NCBI GenBank assembly: GCA_965112735.1
Contig: OZ218951.1
Span: 5,332,001 to 5,396,000, forward strand
Source of the DNA: Phaeosaccion multiseriatum
Lineage: Eukaryota; Protista; Ochrophyta, other classes
Reading direction: 5' to 3'
Length of the DNA stretch: 64,000 nucleotides
In this document: positions 12,587 to 25,800 of the stretch, one piece after another
Layout of the letters: each line of letters starts with the position of its first letter
How positions within the stretch are numbered: the first letter of the stretch is position 1
Made by a program: the position numbers and the translations under genes
The notes under the pieces: generated by a model
The model's input: the letters and a program-made list of their open reading frames with translations, nothing else
Databases searched by the model: none
What the model was told of the DNA's origin: nothing

Positions 12587-15500
12587 TCACTCCATAACGT
12601 CTCCTGCTGCGTCTGTCTGTGGACTGAGGCGGGATTCGAACTCGGTCACAAGCTGCTCCAACTTTGCTCTGTGGAGGGGAGACAAGGCCACCCACGCGCT
12701 GCTCCACTCCCCTTGGGAAAGGGCAGGCGAAGTGGTCTGCTGCCCATGTGACTGTGGTTGGTGCTGCTTCCGAATGTTGCTAATGTTGTTGTTGATCGGA
12801 GACGTGCTGCCCAGCGGCGAGGAGAAGGGGGAAGAAGTGGAGGCAGAAAAGGAGGAAGAGGAGGAAGGGGAGGAAGGGGAGGAAAAGGAGGAGGAGGAGG
12901 GAGACGAGGATGGGGAGGAGGGGGAGAAGGAGTCGAACAGCCTGCTGCGGCCACTCAGGGCACGAATGGTCTCCGCCAGTACACACAACAGCTGCGGGCA
13001 AAGGTGAGGAGAGGGATGGAGAGGAGATGAGAAGAGAGAAGAGAGGAAAGCAGCGACGATTCAATAGCGCGTCTTGACACATTCTGTGGTGTGTGCGACA
13101 TCGAAGGCCTGCAAAGCCACAGTGCATCGATCACAACCATCAAATCCACCCCTCATCCTCCTCGTCCTCCTCCTCCTCCTCGTCCTCCTCCTCGTCCTCC
13201 TCCCCTCCCCCCCCCTCATCCTCCTCCTCCTCCTCCTCCTCCTCCTCACCTCATCGTCTGCCATGTCCGTGCCCACAACATCCGCCAGAGCCCCAAGTGC
13301 GTGTGGCAGCCTCGACAGCCCTCCTCGTCCCTTACCCTCCCCCTCCCCCTCCTCCTCACTCCTGCACACAGATCGCAGCATGATCGGGTGAGCGAGCAAG
13401 CGGCAGAGCTGTCGAGAAGCCTTGGCACTCTCCTCCAAGTCATGGCGCAGAGGGAGCAAGGACAGCCAAGAGCTCCAACGTGCTGATGGTGTTGGTGTTG
13501 TTGTTGGTGTTGGTGAACCTGTCGTTGCCGAGCCACTCAAGGACGGGACGGTGGGGCTGGTGGACTCCGAAAGAGCCGCTCTTGTCTGTTTGGGTGTTGG
13601 GGGTTGTTGTTGTGGTTGGGGGACGGGGGAGGGGCCCAAAGACAAGAAATGAATGATAGGACTGTACTTGGGCAACGAAGAAGCACGCCCACCAGGTTTA
13701 CAGTGCGAGAGGGTGCGGCGTGGAAGTACAAGTCAGCTTGTCTTTCCATCTCTCTCTCTCTCTCTAGGCAAAGGCCAAGCAGCACACACACTCACCACAC
13801 ACTCGTTGACCAGCCCCAGAGCCGCTGCTGCGTTATCCGCCGCAACGAGCCATGGTCCTGACACCTGGCCCTCGTCCTCCTGCTCCTCCTCCTCCTCCTC
13901 CCGAACCTGGGCTCGGCAACCCTCCTGGTACCCCTTCCCTGAGTGAGGAGGCGCGGAGGAGGAGGGGTTTGGGTTTCCATGCCGAGATGATGCGGCAGCA
14001 GCGAAGGTGCTGAGAGCCCCCATGGCCTCTGGCGCAAAGGGTAGGAGGACATCGCGCCATACTGCCGTCGCGCCGGGCCTCGCTCCATACCAAACTCCTC
14101 CTTCTCCTCCTCCCCCTCCTCCAAGGGAGGAAGAGAGGGCGGAAAAGGCCACCCCCAGACCGTACGCACCCCCCTGGGCCAGCGCGGCGTCGCCGTCGGG
14201 TCTCTGAACAGCCTGGAGGAGTATGGGAATGACAGTAGGCAGCAGCGCCCCAACGTGCCCCACCCCGTCTACCTCTTCTCCCTCCCCCCCCGGCTGTATC
14301 ACCAACTGCTGCTGCTGCTGGTCGATCTCATATGCACTCATCGTGGTGGAAGGGCATGAGTCGGGCCGGCGGAAGCAGCACCCAAATTCAAGCATATCGA
14401 CAAGCAGATACACGGCCACCCTCCGATCGGACGCCAGGGCCTCCTCGCTGCTCAGCTCCAACAGCTTGGGTAGCAGCAGCCCAAGGAAGGACGGCAAGAA
14501 GTTGCTGCCGTGCGTTTTGAAGAGACATCCGAGCATGCCGCACAGATTCATGTGCAGCTCCAGCTCCTCTTCCCCGGCTCGCCTGTCCAGCCAGTTCCAT
14601 TTCCAGTGTCAGTTTCAGGCAGTTACAAAGTCGAATCACTCAAGAAAGAGGCCTAAAGGGAAGGGTTCCAAGCATCGATGCTCACCTGTCCCTGTTGGCC
14701 TCCTCTTCGTCGTAGTCAGCCGTCTCCAGCACCATGAGCTTGCCCTCCGCCCTTTGGGTACGTAAGGGTGCGTAACACATAACACAAGAGGAAGGGAGGG
14801 TGAGTGAGTGAGAGAGTGAGTGAGTGAGTGAGTGAGTGAATGAGAAGAGGAGTGATAGACAATACACAACTTCACAAAAATACACTCCTCACGTAAGCAA
14901 GCCTACGCTAAGCTAAGCGTACCTGCGAACCGCCCTCCGTTGCAGGCTCTTGGCCAGGCAAAGCAGCGCTGTCTGCACCAACGTATCCAGATGGCGACGA
15001 TTGAGCAACCACACCGTGCGGTCTGGCCGGGGAGGGGCCGGGGGCAGCATGTGGGCCTCCCCATCCACTGCCATCCCCCCTCCCAACCCCGCTCCCCCCC
15101 CCCCCCCTCCTCCAACCAAGGCCGCCCCCAGTGCCGCTTCGCTGCCATTGCCGTACCCACTACGGCAGTGCTTCTCCCACTTGACACAGGCAAACTCTAC
15201 ACATGCCTGCAACGCTTGACACGCCGTCATGCTCAGCTCGAGCTCCTCCTCCTGCACCATACCGTCAACAAGCCTGCGTCATGTGGAATTCATTCATTCA
15301 CACAAATGGCGGTGTGAGTTTTTGTGTGTGCATGCGCGTTTGAGTTTCAGTTGAGTTCAGGATGCGTTTCAGTTTGTTGACCTCGATCAATACCGCACGG
15401 GGTATCGGATATCGACGCACCCCCAGCGCTCACATGGGCGTGAAGGATGGACACAGCAGACGGAACACACACTGCCCATCAGACCCACAAATTCAGACCC

Positions 15501-18500
15501 CCAAATCCATCCACCCAATCATTCACAGGTCAACCAAATACTTATTTGTCCCGAGACACACATCTGTGACCCGACGAAGGAGGAACGGCCAACAACACGC
15601 TCACCCACCTCCGCAGACAGAAGTGCAGCAGCTGCTCCACCGCCTCTCGGTCCTCCTGATCCCCCGGGGTGGAAGACAACACCATGCCTCCCGGGGGAGG
15701 GGAGGCCCTTCCCGCTCCAGTTCGAGTGCCAATGCCAAGGCCGCTTGACTCTCCAGCTGTAGTCCTGACACCCCCCACCCCGCCCGCCGCCCCTAGCCCA
15801 AGCAAGGCAACCCCCTTGCCGCACACGCGCACCATCTCTGGCAGGGCCGCCATGCACGAGGAGCGCACGTCGTCATACACGCTTGTAGACACCAGGTACA
15901 CAAGTTGGGTCACCACCTGTCGCCAAGTGTCAGGACGGAGAATGGGTGGGTGGGTGTCAGGACAGGGGATTGGGTGAAGTGGCGTCAGGACAGAGGATGG
16001 GTGGCAGTGGATGGTTGTCAGGACAGCGGGTAGAGAAGCTTCGATACCGAACGACTCGATATTGATAAGGTCACACAATCTGGACACTGAAAACTGGATA
16101 CCGGAGCAGTTAGATCAGCGTGTGGAAAGCAGCCTCCCTCCCCCCTTCCCCCTTCCCACGCGCACGCACCTGCTCCACATAGGGCAAGAAGTGTTCTTGC
16201 AGCCCTTCCGCGAGCAGCAGCACAAGGTGACACGCCGTAGCCTGCTCCTCGAGCGCGGAACTGCGCACTGCAGACAGTGACTGCGGGGCCTGACCCTGAC
16301 CATGCTCCTCCTGACACCAGGCACTACCACTTGCTGTCCTCTTTCTGCCTTTTCCCGCTCTTTTTGTTGACATGAGCTGCTGCTGCTGCTGCTGCTGCTG
16401 GTCCATGTCGTCATCGTCGCAGTCGTCGCTGCCATTGGTTGCCATCCTGCCGTGCCCTCCTTCTCTTCCGTCTCCCTCAAGCTCGAGAGAGGAGCAGTCG
16501 TCGTCTTCTTCGTCTTGTTCTTCGCCGTCGTCGTCTTTCGTTGACAGCAGCGCCAAGCATTTGGAATCGAAGGAGAGGGAATACGAGTAAGAATCAGACA
16601 GAAAAGCCCCAGAATGAATGGGGTAATGGGACGGGTAATAACAAGAAATACCTTCCAATTCACCCTCCCTATAATTCTTAAAGTCAGTCCCTTCCATCAT
16701 CCCTCCCCACCCCGCCCCGCCACCCCAGCAGAACAACAACGTACGTACACCCTTCCTTCCTTTATGCTGTGCCTCACCCATGTCAGAGTCGCCAAGCTGT
16801 TCCCCCCCGCGCTGCCTTCGCCTACGCCGTCTCGCAGCTGCTGCTCCTCCTCCCGCAGCTCCCCTCCCCTCCCCATTCCAACCATCCTCCTCCTCATCGC
16901 AATCAACATCATCATCATCATCGTACTCCTCATCCTCCTCTTCCTCCTCCTCGTCGCACGCAGAAGAGGAAAGGGCCTCCAGCAAGGAGGGCATGACAAG
17001 GGGCAAAAACGGCGCAAAATCCCTCCCCAGGCACTGACTCAGCCTGCCCCAGGCTTGCAGGAGGTACTGCCGTAGAGGGTCATCAATGGCTAGGCCGGTA
17101 CCTCCCTCCTGGGCGAGAACCATCTGTGGTGCCCATACATAGATACACATACGGATGTTGTTGGCGACGACCGGGGCATTGCATTTTGCAGGTCTGAGGT
17201 TAGAGATTCTTGCCCGAATACTCCGGAGGAAAAAATACATACGTCTCTCCACTCCTCCTCCGTCATGCTTCCATGCTTCCCGGTTGCAAACTGCCTCCTG
17301 TTCCTGCCTATGCCCCCCTCTTCTCCTCTCCTCCTCTTCCTCCCTCCATCCCGTCTTGTGCAACATTTAATCGTTGTTTTAATAATAATCTCCTCTACCC
17401 CCTCCTCCTCTCCCCTCCTCTCCCTCCCTTCTGCCTGCACTCAACTTTGAATCTCCTCTCTGCTCTTTCATTGCACCTCATCACCGCCCCTTTATTCCTC
17501 CTCGTCCTCCTCCTCCCTCCTCCTCCTCTTGCTCCTCTCCAGTGACGCCTCAACGACTTAGGAACACAATCACATTCCTCATTCACCCCTGACTTACAAC
17601 TTCTTCTTCTCCTCTCCAGTGAGCATTGCGTAAAGAATGGCTCAACGACTTAGGAACACTGCATCACTCCTCACTCACCAATGACTTACGAACCCTCATC
17701 CTCCCTTATCCTCCTCCCCCTCCCCACTCACCTCGTTCATCACCTCCAGGGCATCCCCCACGAAGGCCTCCTTCCCCACACTCTGCCCCACTAGTGTGAT
17801 GGCCTCAAGAGCCTTGCCTCGAAGGAGTCGTACCCCATCAGCCTCCTCACCACGCCGGCACAGAGCCCCTCCACTGCCTCCTCCTCCTCCCTCTGGTGCT
17901 GGTGGCTGCTGCATCACCAACTGCTGAGGCTGGAGCATGAGCTGCTTGAGAATGGGCATGACGGCGTTGTAGTACCTTTGAGAGGAGGGGGTGTGTTGTT
18001 CAGAGAGAGAGAGAGTGATAGGGAAGAAGGAGAAAGAGGGTAGGAAGAGGCACAGGGAAATGGTGAAAGGGTGAGAGGAAAAGACCAAAGAGAGAGCTAG
18101 TGTATGGTGAGAGAGAGAGAGATCGAGAGAGAGAGCAGAACCGAAAGAGATGGATTTAACAATCACGAAGCGTTCACTTACCTCGCAAACTCGGCCTCCG
18201 CGAGCTCAGCAGCGTACGCCAAGGCTGTGACTGCCTGCTGCTGCACGATGAGAGGCCCGTCTTGCAGCTGACGAATGCAGGCGATCACCAACGGGTCCAG
18301 GTAGGGTAGAATCAAAGCCTTGGGGCAGCCGTCGATAAAGTTGATGAGCGCCGCCGCGGCGTGGCTGCGAACCCTCGGGGAAGGGTCCACCTGACACGTA
18401 AGTACATACGTAAGTAGGTAGAGCAAGCAGAGAGAGAGGGGGGCTTGATTAATTGGAACAAGGGTAAAATTACACAGGTACAGAAAGTCTCTACCTCACA

Positions 18501-21500
18501 TCAGACGACAAACCACAAGAGGTACACACCACTGTATCTGAAGCTTGCGACCACTCAGGTCAACACTCACCTCGATGCTCATCGCACGCAGCAGGGCCGG
18601 CACCACCGTGGTATGGTGTTCCGTGTGGAGGAGTGGAGCGTGGTCGGAGGCCATTTGGCCGAGGGCGTGCAAAGCGCAGAATCGAACCCGCGGGTGGGAG
18701 GAGGCTTGAAGGAGACGCAGCACCTCCGCCAGCACTACCTTGCGCTCCTCCACGGCGTTGGGACTCCGAGCTGCGACTTCGGCCTGGTAGGGAGTGGTTA
18801 CGTGACGATATGTAATGAATACGGGAGGTGAGGTGAGAACTCAAGAGAGCAGAAGGCGTACAAGGAAGAAACACAACTTGCGGCTGTCTCCACTTGTCTG
18901 CTCTCCAGTCACTAGTCCCTCGTCATTGCAATTGCAATCGCTCACCGTTTCGAATACGGCAAGGAGTTTTCTCCTCTCTCGTCTCTCTCTCTCCTCTCTC
19001 TCTAGTCCCACTGCAACTGCTTACCGATCCCAAGACAAGACGGCAAGGAACTTTCTACTCTCTACATCTCTCTACATCTCTGCGAGTGCTTCCGTACCGT
19101 TTCAAAAACGGCAAGGAGGGCGGCCTGCTTGAGTGAGTGGCACTGCTCCGGCGACGACAGGAAGGCGGAGATGTAACTGTAGCACAGCGGAAGGCACACA
19201 CGCGGTCCAAGAGCTCTAGTCAGGCGGTCCAGTGCCTGGGGGAGTTTAGGGGGCAGGGAGGGGGGGGGGAGGGGGGAGGTTGGGAAGAGCAAGAGGAATA
19301 TGGATAAGGGGGAGGGGGGGGGAGAACATTCAGTCAAGGGGTCGGTATGGAAAGAGGGAGGGAGGGAGGGAGGGAGGGAGGGAGGGAGGGAGGGAGGGAG
19401 GGAGGGGAGGGGAGGGAGGGAAGGGAGGGGAGGGAAGGAAGGGAGGGAGGGAGGGGAGGAGGGAGCGAGGGAGGAAGGTGGAGACAGAAGGGTACCGCAC
19501 ACAGAGGAAATAACCTCATGAAACAGTTCTACGGTTTCGGATGCAGTGTTGGTGGCTTTGCTTGACTCACCCCTTGTCCGACGACGGCGTTGAGCCCCTC
19601 ATCCGGAGCATCTTCGTCCTCCTCCGCCCGCGCCCACTCCCGCACGTCCTCCTCACTCTCCTCCTCCCCCCCGGGGGAGAACGACACCAAGGCTCCTCCT
19701 GCTCCTCCTCCTCCTCCTGCTGCTACTGCTACTGCTGAATCTTGTCCTCCTTGTCCACTGCCCCCACGCCCCTCCGCCATGAGTCCAAAGCACACCGGGA
19801 TGGTCAGTGCCGCAAACGCTGAGCCCTGCTGCTGTCCCTGCTGTATCACCAACTGCTGCTGCCCCTGCTGTTCTTGCTGTATCACCAACTGCTGCTGCTG
19901 CTGCTGCCCCTGGTGCTGTGCGTTTCGGCACATGGCAGGAGAGACCTCTGCCAATGTCACACAGAACTCGAGGGCCAATTGCCGCACGGAGTCCGTCAGC
20001 GCCTTGCAAGAGGCAATGGACGCCATTCCCTGGTACGATGACGGTTTCATGGAGAACATGACGGTTTCAGGGAGAGGGGAGAAAAGATAGGGTCAACAGT
20101 GCGATAAGAGAGAGGAGGGGGTAGAGAGAAGGAAAGAGAGAGGGAGGGGGGAGAAAGTGACGCTGACGAACGCACGGGATGACTGACTGACTTCACTGAA
20201 GGATTGACCGAATGAGCTGACTGCACTGACTGACTGAGCCACTGACTGACGAACTGACTGACGAATGAACTAACTGCACTGAATGAAGGACTGACAGTCA
20301 ACTCACTGACTTGACGGACAGTCGATTCACTAACACCAGGTACTGACCGACCAACCCTGACGACCCACATGTACATCGCATACCTGGATACATTGCGTGA
20401 GACAGGGCCTGAAGAGGGCGGGGCTGTACTCAGCGAGTTCAATGAGCATCTCCAAACACTCCGCCGCCCGTCCCTCTGCCTGCCTCCTCCCCTCCTCCCC
20501 CTCCTCCTCCTCCGCCTGCTGCCGTTCCTGCTGCTGTTGCTGCTGCTGATGCGCGCCCGTACGCCCCTGCATGTCGGTGAGGTTGAGCACATCCTGCATG
20601 GCCCCGAGCAGGTGGGGCAGCAGCGCGGAGAAGCTGAGCTGCACCCCTGGGGACGCAACATGGCATAGCACCGCCACAAAAGCCCGCATGGCCTCCAGAC
20701 GCACGCGCCCACACCCCGAAGCGTCATCCAGCGACGCCTGGAGAGCAGCCAAGGAGGAGAGCGAGGAGGAGGGTGGGGACGGTGAGGAGGTTGGGGAGGA
20801 GGAGGAGGAGGAGGAGGAGGAGGAGGAGGAGGAGGAAGAGGAGGAGGAGGAGAAGGAGGAGAAGGAAGAGGAGGAGGAGGAGGAGGAGGAGGAGGAGGAC
20901 GGGAGGAGGAGGACGGGAGGAGGAGGAGGAGGAGGAGGAGGAGGAGGAGGAGGAGGAGGAGGAGAAGGAGGAGGACGGGAGGAGGAGAGGAGGAGGAGGA
21001 GGACGGGAGGAGGAGGAGGAGGAGGACGGGAGGAGGAGGAGGAGGACGGGAGGAGGAGGAGGTGGTGGTGGAGGAGGAGGAGGAGGAGGAGGAGGAGGAG
21101 GAGGAGGAGGAGGAGGAGGAGGAGGAGGAGGAGGAGGAGGAGGAGGACGGGAGCGCAGTCACCTGGAAGGTCTGAATGAGCTGCGCGAGAAAGTCCTCGC
21201 TCTGACAGGCCATGCCCGCCACAAAGTCACCAATGTAGCTCAGCAGTTTCAGGGCCACTTCCTTCGCTGAGCAGCTTCTGCTGCTGCTGTTGCTGCTGCT
21301 ACTGCTGCTGCTGCTATGGTGCCCCTCCACCCCCCCCGGCCGCAAGAGAACGAGGAGGGAGGGCAACAGCTCCGGCCATGCGTCTTCGCCGGAATCGTCG
21401 AGAAGAGTCGCCGCCACATCACCCACCACTAGGGGGGTGATGAGGGAGACAGGGGGGGGAGGAGACAGGGGAGGAGAAGGGGGGGAACGACTGACAGTGA

Positions 21501-21871
21501 GTGCGTAGACACATGGAGGAGAGGGGAAGAGAGAGGGACTAGGGTGGAAAATATAGAGTGGCGGGAGAGGAGAGGAGAGGAGTGACTACGGAAAGGAGTG
21601 GGGGATGCACCGAAGATATACGGACCCACCTGCGCACAATGCGAGGCTTAGATTGCGCGAACAGCCCTTGTCATCACCTCCTCCTCCCCCCCCCCCTCCT
21701 CCTCCCTCGCTGCTGCTGCTGCTGCTGCTGCTGCTCCATAAGGCCTCGAGTAAGGCTGCTTGGAGGGCGCTGCGGTGGGTGTCGGGCATCTGGAACAGAA
21801 GACTGCACGAGCGAGATAGAAGCACTCGGCGGAGAAGCACCGCCGCCAGGCTTGTGTAGGCAGGGGGGGGG

Positions 21872-21919
<48 letters not shown>

Positions 21920-22406
21920 GGATCAATACAGAGAGCAAAGGGGAGTGGAGAGTGGATCGAAGAGTGACCTATGACAGGATGACTAAACAAGAGCCATTGT
22001 CGTGCCCCTTGTCCCACTTTTCCTCCCCCGCCAGTTGCCTCGAGCCAGCCCTCCTTCTTTCTGGATCCACGCTCTCAAGTTAAGCCCGCAGTAGGGAGCG
22101 CGTTTCGGCACCTCGCTATTGTGCTACACCACACCTTGCACTTTCGCCACCCATGCCTCAGCCTCACCTTCTAATGTGCGTGGCATGGTCCTGGCTTCGG
22201 ATGGCCCGTGTCAGCAGCTCCAGCAGCCGCACAGGCTCCTCCCTTCGCAGAGTGGCAAACTGCTTCTCCGCTTGCTTCCTGGCAGCGTTTCCGTTGCTCA
22301 TCATGCTCTGGAGAAGCGGCTCCAGGGACTCGAGCGCCTGTTGAGGCTGACCATTCGACCTCTTGCAGCCCAGCTGTTGGACCTGCCCTGCCGTGAGTTG
22401 AGCCAT
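12587..22406 (-). CDS. IPO5: Importin-5 / karyopherin beta-3 (Kap121/Pse1 family), HEAT repeats, many exons
   Basis: LLQSMMSNGNAARKQAEKQF, LAAVLLRR, WPELLP, VRQLALEFCVTLAE, ALDRLTRALG, HPRVRFCALHALGQMASD, PRVRSHAAAALINF, LLRGKALEAITLVGQSVGKEAF, DDPLRQYLLQAWGRLSQCLGRDFAPFLPLVMPSLL, SALEEQATAC, ADNAAAALG, WLSLLPLRHDLEES; all in the importin-5 order. Confidence 0.93.
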
Positions 22407-22834
22407 TTGTTTCCTTGGTTTGGCTCTACGACCTCCCCTGCTGACTTGAAGTTCCTCCCCTCCCACCCTATAGCCCGCTATTAAGCGCTATATGGCTTTG
22501 TACAACATTCCTTCTCCTTCTCTGAACGCTTGACATCCCTTCATTCGCGATTCATTCATTGTATCGCCTGGGCCTGGGCCGGGCCATCGACTTGGCACTT
22601 TGGTGATTTGGTCCAACAAACGCGCACGTTCGATTGGTCACGGCTACAGCTTATTCATACCGCTGCAAGGGCTGTCCTTTGTAGGATCACCACAGAGGAT
22701 CCAACTTTGTACCTCTTGGAAGTATCCGCCGAAACGCTGAGCAGGAGAGCAAGAACGTGGGAAGAAAGGTCGCACCCGGTCATCGTCATCGTTCTACGAA
22801 ACCAAAGAGGAATATAACTTTTTGCTCCACTGAG
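22407..22834. promoter_or_regulatory. Probable bidirectional promoter between importin-5 and the DUF676 hydrolase
   Basis: Divergent predicted ATGs separated by 428 bp of repeat-free sequence. Confidence 0.5.
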
Positions 22835-25800
22835 ATGGAGGAGGAAGCTCTCAATGTGGGGGTCGAAGTAGAGGCAATTCAGCCACGCCTGGTCGATGCC
22901 ACCAACTCGAACGGAGGAGGGGATCCTTCCGCAGGAGGAGAAAATGAGGGCCGGCCCTTGGTGGGAAGTCACCACCTCGTAGTTGTGTCGCATGGCATGT
23001 GGGGCGTCAGAGGCCATGTATTTTCCTTGAGGGACGAGTTCGAGGCCGAGGGGCTCCACCCTTACCTGGCCAAGAGCTATGAGGTGAGTGTGGGCAGAAG
23101 TATGGTCTTGAATTTGCCTGCCACATTTTTTCTATTCGGTGAAGGGGAAGAGTTAAGATTGCCGTTAGAGAGCGCAACAGAGAGAGCAGGAAGGCGATGC
23201 ATTTAGCTGGATCCTGTATAATGATGAAATGAGCAAGTGCCCACGTATGTTACCACGGGAGAAGCTCTCATTTGGCTTGATTCTCCCTCCCCCCGCCCCC
23301 CGGCACCCCCCCCCACTTCTCGGACCCCACCTGCTGGTAACGCATGAAACAGGGATTGAAGGTGAGATAATGATTGGGTAGAGGAGAGGAATAGAAGGAC
23401 GGAGAGAGGGGGGCAGTAGACACAAGAGCAGGCGAGAGAGGTTAGAGCAAAAGCGAGGCTCAAGCAAAGAGCTTGCAAATTGATGATTCGTGTTCCAATT
23501 GCCGCCCCAAGCAACGGAGGAAGCGAAGCTCTCTCCGCCTCGATCAGTGTCTTTTGGTCCTCACTTGTGCTCGAGCTGAAATCACATCCACGATCTCCAA
23601 CAGCTTCCCTCCCTTCTTTCCTCTCTCCTACTGCTTCTGCTTCCCTCCTGGCGGCATCCCTCCCTCTCTCCTAATGCTTGTGCTTCCCTCCTGGCGGCAA
23701 TCGTGTCGGGCACTGCTCTTCTGTTCGACGAACGACTTCACTTTCTGTTCCGCAGACATACGACGGAATCGACGTCTGTGGGCGGCGCCTGGCGGAGGAA
23801 ATTCGGCAGGAAATAGTGGAGAGAGAGAGACAAGTAGAGCTACAGCGACAGAGGGAACAGCAGCCGCAGAAGCAGCAGCAGCAGGAGGAGGAGGAAGAGG
23901 AGAAGGAGGAGGAGAGGGGGGAGGAGGGGGGGGGTAGTCAGGGGGGGGATGTCGATGAGGACAGAGGAGAGCACGAAGAAGAGGAGGCATCGCAATCTGT
24001 GATTTTGCAGCCGTACACCCAACTCTCCCTTCTGGGATACTCGGCGGGCGGGCTCATCGCACGCTACGCCATCGGTGAGCTTCATGCCGAGGGTTTCCTC
24101 GACCGGCATGGCGTGGCACTTGAGAGCTTAACGACCATTGCCACACCTCACTTGGGCAGCCGTCAAGCCCACTCACAGAGCTTTGGACGAGCTTTGAATC
24201 GCTATGCATACCTAATGGCCAACATATACGGTACGGTCAAGGAGGGGGGAGATGGGAAGGGAGGGAGAGCAGGGGTGGGTTACACGTATTTAGTCACACA
24301 CGAACGTACACTCTCTCACACGCACGCACGCACACACACACACACATACACACACACGCACACACACACATACATACACACACACGCGCGCACGTCTCTT
24401 ACTCCAGGGGGGCGCTCTATGGAGCAGCTCTTCCTGCAGGACCGGGACGGAGAGGGGAATCAGCCCCTGCTGATGCTCATGGCAGACAAGGGCCAAAGGG
24501 TGAGCGTTTCAAAAGTATTGGTAGCAGGAGGAGAGAGGAGGGAGGGAATGGGGGACGTAGGGGAACGTGCGAGTGCCGGAGCTAGGACCAGGGTCAGGCT
24601 TCAGGGTCAGACTGAGAGGTGGCGCGCACTTGTGTGTCTCTGGTGTGTGTGTATGTTTGGATTTGAAGTCGGGCCCCCAAACCGAAACCGGCAACTCACT
24701 CGTCTCTCATCGGTCCGATTGTGTATCGCACGCCCTCGACCCCCTGTTCACCCTAAGCTCTGCAAACCCCTGCCCTCCCTTCCCTCCATTCCCTCAGTTT
24801 TACAAGGCCCTGGTGGCCTGTCGCCGCGTGACAGTGTACGCCAACGCGCTGAATGACAACACCGTGGGCTTCTGCACCGCGGGACTCGCCCCAGTCAATC
24901 CGTGGAGAGGCACGGAGGTGAGTGCGTGCGTGCGTGCGTACGGGTGTATGGGCGTGTGGATGTGTGGATGTGTGAGTATGTTCTGTGGGCGTGTGAGTGT
25001 TCCGTACTGATAAATGACAAGATGAAGAGGGTGAGATGGTGACGCACGTGGCTGGTCTTGGTGCATTGTATGGGAGGAGGGGGGCCGAGACGCTGCAGCT
25101 AGGCTGCCACCGTTGTCTACGACTTAAACCTGCTTCCCCTTTTCCTCTTCCTGGTGCTGGTGCTGGTGCTGCTGCTGCTGCTGTTCTCAACTGGCGCAGC
25201 CTAACGAGGAGAATGGGTTCATCTCCGCCATTGAGCCCGTGTATCGAACTGACGGGGCAGCTCCTTCGAACAAAGAGGAGGTGAGAAGAAAAGAAAAGCA
25301 CCAGCTTTGGTCGGTGCGGGTGCGGGTGCATATGCGCGTGTAGGGCATAGAAGGAAGGTACTTTCAAGACTGGCGCTGTCGGGGCTCCCTGCTTTTGCCG
25401 CCCCAGCGCCGTCTTCCTCCCTTCTCTTGCCATCTTGTCTAACTTGCCTGCCTTCCTCCACCCCCCCCCATCCACCTACCCACTCACCCAACTAACTACC
25501 CACCTACACCGCCACCCACACCCCCCATCCACCCACCCACCCACCCACCTACCCACCCACCCACCCACCCACCCACCCACCCACCAACCAACCCACCCCA
25601 CTTACCCATCCACCTGCCCATCAACACACCCACCCACACACCAACCCACCCACCAACCCACCCACCCACCTACCCACCCACCTACCCACCCACCAACCCA
25701 CCCACCTACCCACGTACCCACCCACCCCTGTTTTTGTGTCCCAATGCCCGCCTCCGTCCCTCCCCGTGCAGGGACAGGACAAGGACGACAAGGACGACGA

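Noticed and set aside
18678-18695. GGTTCGATTC T-loop-like motif (minus strand)
   Set aside because: Lies inside an importin-5 exon (PRVRFC) with no cloverleaf; no tRNA or rRNA was recognised in the window.
23548-23556. Candidate 9-nt micro-exon (TGTCTTTTG, CLL) in the DUF676 gene
   Set aside because: Flanked by AG and GT and plausible by spacing, but not required for frame; cannot be supported without cDNA.
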